From the NCBI GenBank assembly GCA_028819215.1, contig JAPPMG010000054.1:14541-78540 (forward strand): a DNA stretch of 64,000 bases. The letters are read 5' to 3'. Position 1 is the first letter of the stretch. Each line of letters begins with the position of its first letter. The notes beneath the pieces were generated by a model. The model was not told the origin of the DNA, made no database searches, and worked only from the letters and a program-made list of their open reading frames with translations. Of the stretch, positions 63,078 to 64,000 are shown piece by piece. Both the position numbers and the translations under genes were made by a program. The stretch comes from Bryobacterales bacterium. GTDB lineage: Bacteria > Acidobacteriota > Terriglobia > Bryobacterales > UBA6623.

Positions 63078-64000
63078 TCACAGCAGCGAAACCACGCGCT
63101 CGGTCATCTCTCTGCAGGACATGTGGCCCCCCAGATCGGCGGTGCGGCAGGTTGGGTCTTGCAGTGCGTTGACCACCGTGCTGCGGACCGTGCTTCCCTC
63201 GGCCTCCCGGCCCAGCCAGTCGAGCATGAGCGCTGCGGACAGGATTGTGGCCAAGGGATTGGCCATGCCGCGCCCCGCAATGTCTGGCGCGCTGCCGTGG
63301 GCGGGCTGGAACACCGCATATTTGTCACCGATGTCCGCTGACGGCGCCATGCCCATGCCGCCAACGATGCCCGCAGCCAGGTCCGAAAGAATGTCGCCGA
63401 ACATATTCTCGGTCACGATCACGTCGAACTGCTCCGGCTGCCGCACTAGGAATAGTGCAGCGGCATCCACGTACACCCGCTCGGTCTCAATGTCAGGGTG
63501 CTTTGCCGCGATGGAGTCGAATACCTCGCGGAAGAACGCCATGGCGGGCAGCACATTGGCCTTGTCCACCAGCGTCACCTTGCCGCGCCGCTCGCGGGCG
63601 GCCGCGAAGGCCGCTTGCACGATGCGCTCGCTGCTGTGCCGCGAGATCCGCATCGCGTTCTCGACATAGTCGGCCTGCGGATCGTGGCTGGCTTGGCGCT
63701 CCCAGAACAATCCCTCCGTGTTCTCCCGATAGATCACGAGATCGATCTGGCCCGCCCGTGTGTCCCGCAGCGGCGTCAGCGCCTCGTGATAGAGGCGCAC
63801 CGGGCGGATGCCCTGGTAGAGATCGAGCTGTTCCCGAATGTCGATCTGCGGGGCCATTTCGGTGCCGTTGGGCCAGCGCACGTCGGGCAGGCCCATCGCT
63901 CCGAGCAGGATCGCGTCGCAAGCGCGCGCCCGCTCGAGGGTGGCTGCTGGAAGTGGATCGCCCGAACTCAGGTACTCGCCGGCCCCCACGGACAGCGTCT
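63078..64000 (-). CDS. isocitrate/isopropylmalate dehydrogenase family enzyme (3-isopropylmalate or tartrate dehydrogenase-like), C-terminal part; gene runs off the right edge
   Basis: The frame stays open to position 64000. Family motifs are LVIYRENTEGLF, NMFGDILSDLAAGIVGGMGMAPSA and HGSAPDIAGRGMANP. Confidence 0.85.
   Translation of the reverse strand, partial: TLSVGAGEYLSSGDPLPAATLERARACDAILLGAMGLPDVRWPNGTEMAPQIDIREQLDLYQGIRPVRLYHEALTPLRDTRAGQIDLVIYRENTEGLFWERQASHDPQADYVENAMRISRHSSERIVQAAFAAARERRGKVTLVDKANVLPAMAFFREVFDSIAAKHPDIETERVYVDAAALFLVRQPEQFDVIVTENMFGDILSDLAAGIVGGMGMAPSADIGDKYAVFQPAHGSAPDIAGRGMANPLATILSAALMLDWLGREAEGSTVRSTVVNALQDPTCRTADLGGHMSCREMTERVVSLL

Noticed and set aside
1-64000. 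Searched for CRISPR arrays, rRNA genes, intact transposases or integrases, reverse transcriptases and prophage structural genes.
   Set aside because: No regularly spaced short direct repeats were seen, and no large ORFs with those signatures. The only mobile-element trace is the IS256-type remnant at 52633..52833.

Overview
High-GC bacterial chromosomal window, about two thirds G+C in the lines I counted. It is most likely from an Acidobacteriota genome, because it carries PadR regulators paired with 890-aa duplicated FtsX/MacB-type ADOP permeases, CarboxypepD_reg-type TonB-dependent receptors, and many Planctomycete-type DUF1501/DUF1553/DUF1552/DUF1592 genes. All family names come from motif recognition by eye. 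No database search was possible.

Layout:
- 1-13.3 kb is housekeeping: an SDR epimerase fragment, aspS, a gamma-CA-like gene, fabV, moaB, hemL, recJ, lysS, a Rieske oxygenase and tRNA-Ala(GGC).
- 13.5-16.6 kb holds an ECF sigma factor, an unusual anti-sigma factor and a TonB-family protein.
- 16.9-21.9 kb holds a sulfatase, a solitary HicB and a 956-aa secreted propeller+PHP protein.
- 21.9-23.0 kb is a gene-poor scar.
- 23.0-33.6 kb holds an AbiEi/AbiEii type IV toxin-antitoxin pair. It is followed by a tandemly duplicated PadR-ADOP module that retains an AbiE remnant, then a MacA-like adaptor and a stand-alone ABC ATPase that has no permease of its own.
- 33.9-51.6 kb holds a TonB-dependent receptor, a Uma2 nuclease, a DUF1552/DUF1592 pair, a second sulfatase, a TAT-exported oxidoreductase, a DUF1553/DUF1501 pair, an SSS transporter and an enolase-superfamily dehydratase.
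- 51.7-56.6 kb is an accessory, defense-island-like block: a NERD protein, an IS256-type transposase remnant, an AAA/DUF4143 ATPase, a low-GC Clp-fold serine-protease cassette and a DUF1828-like protein.
- 56.6-64 kb holds a histidine phosphatase, a second DUF1553/DUF1501 pair, a lipoprotein, a pentapeptide-repeat protein and a partial isopropylmalate/isocitrate-dehydrogenase-family gene.

Best candidates for something new:
1. The supposedly orphan ADOP permeases sit next to a permease-less adaptor+ATPase pair.
2. A low-GC protease cassette lies inside the accessory block.
3. The AbiE-PadR-ADOP duplication has conserved inverted-repeat operators.

No CRISPR array, rRNA, integrase or intact transposase was seen.
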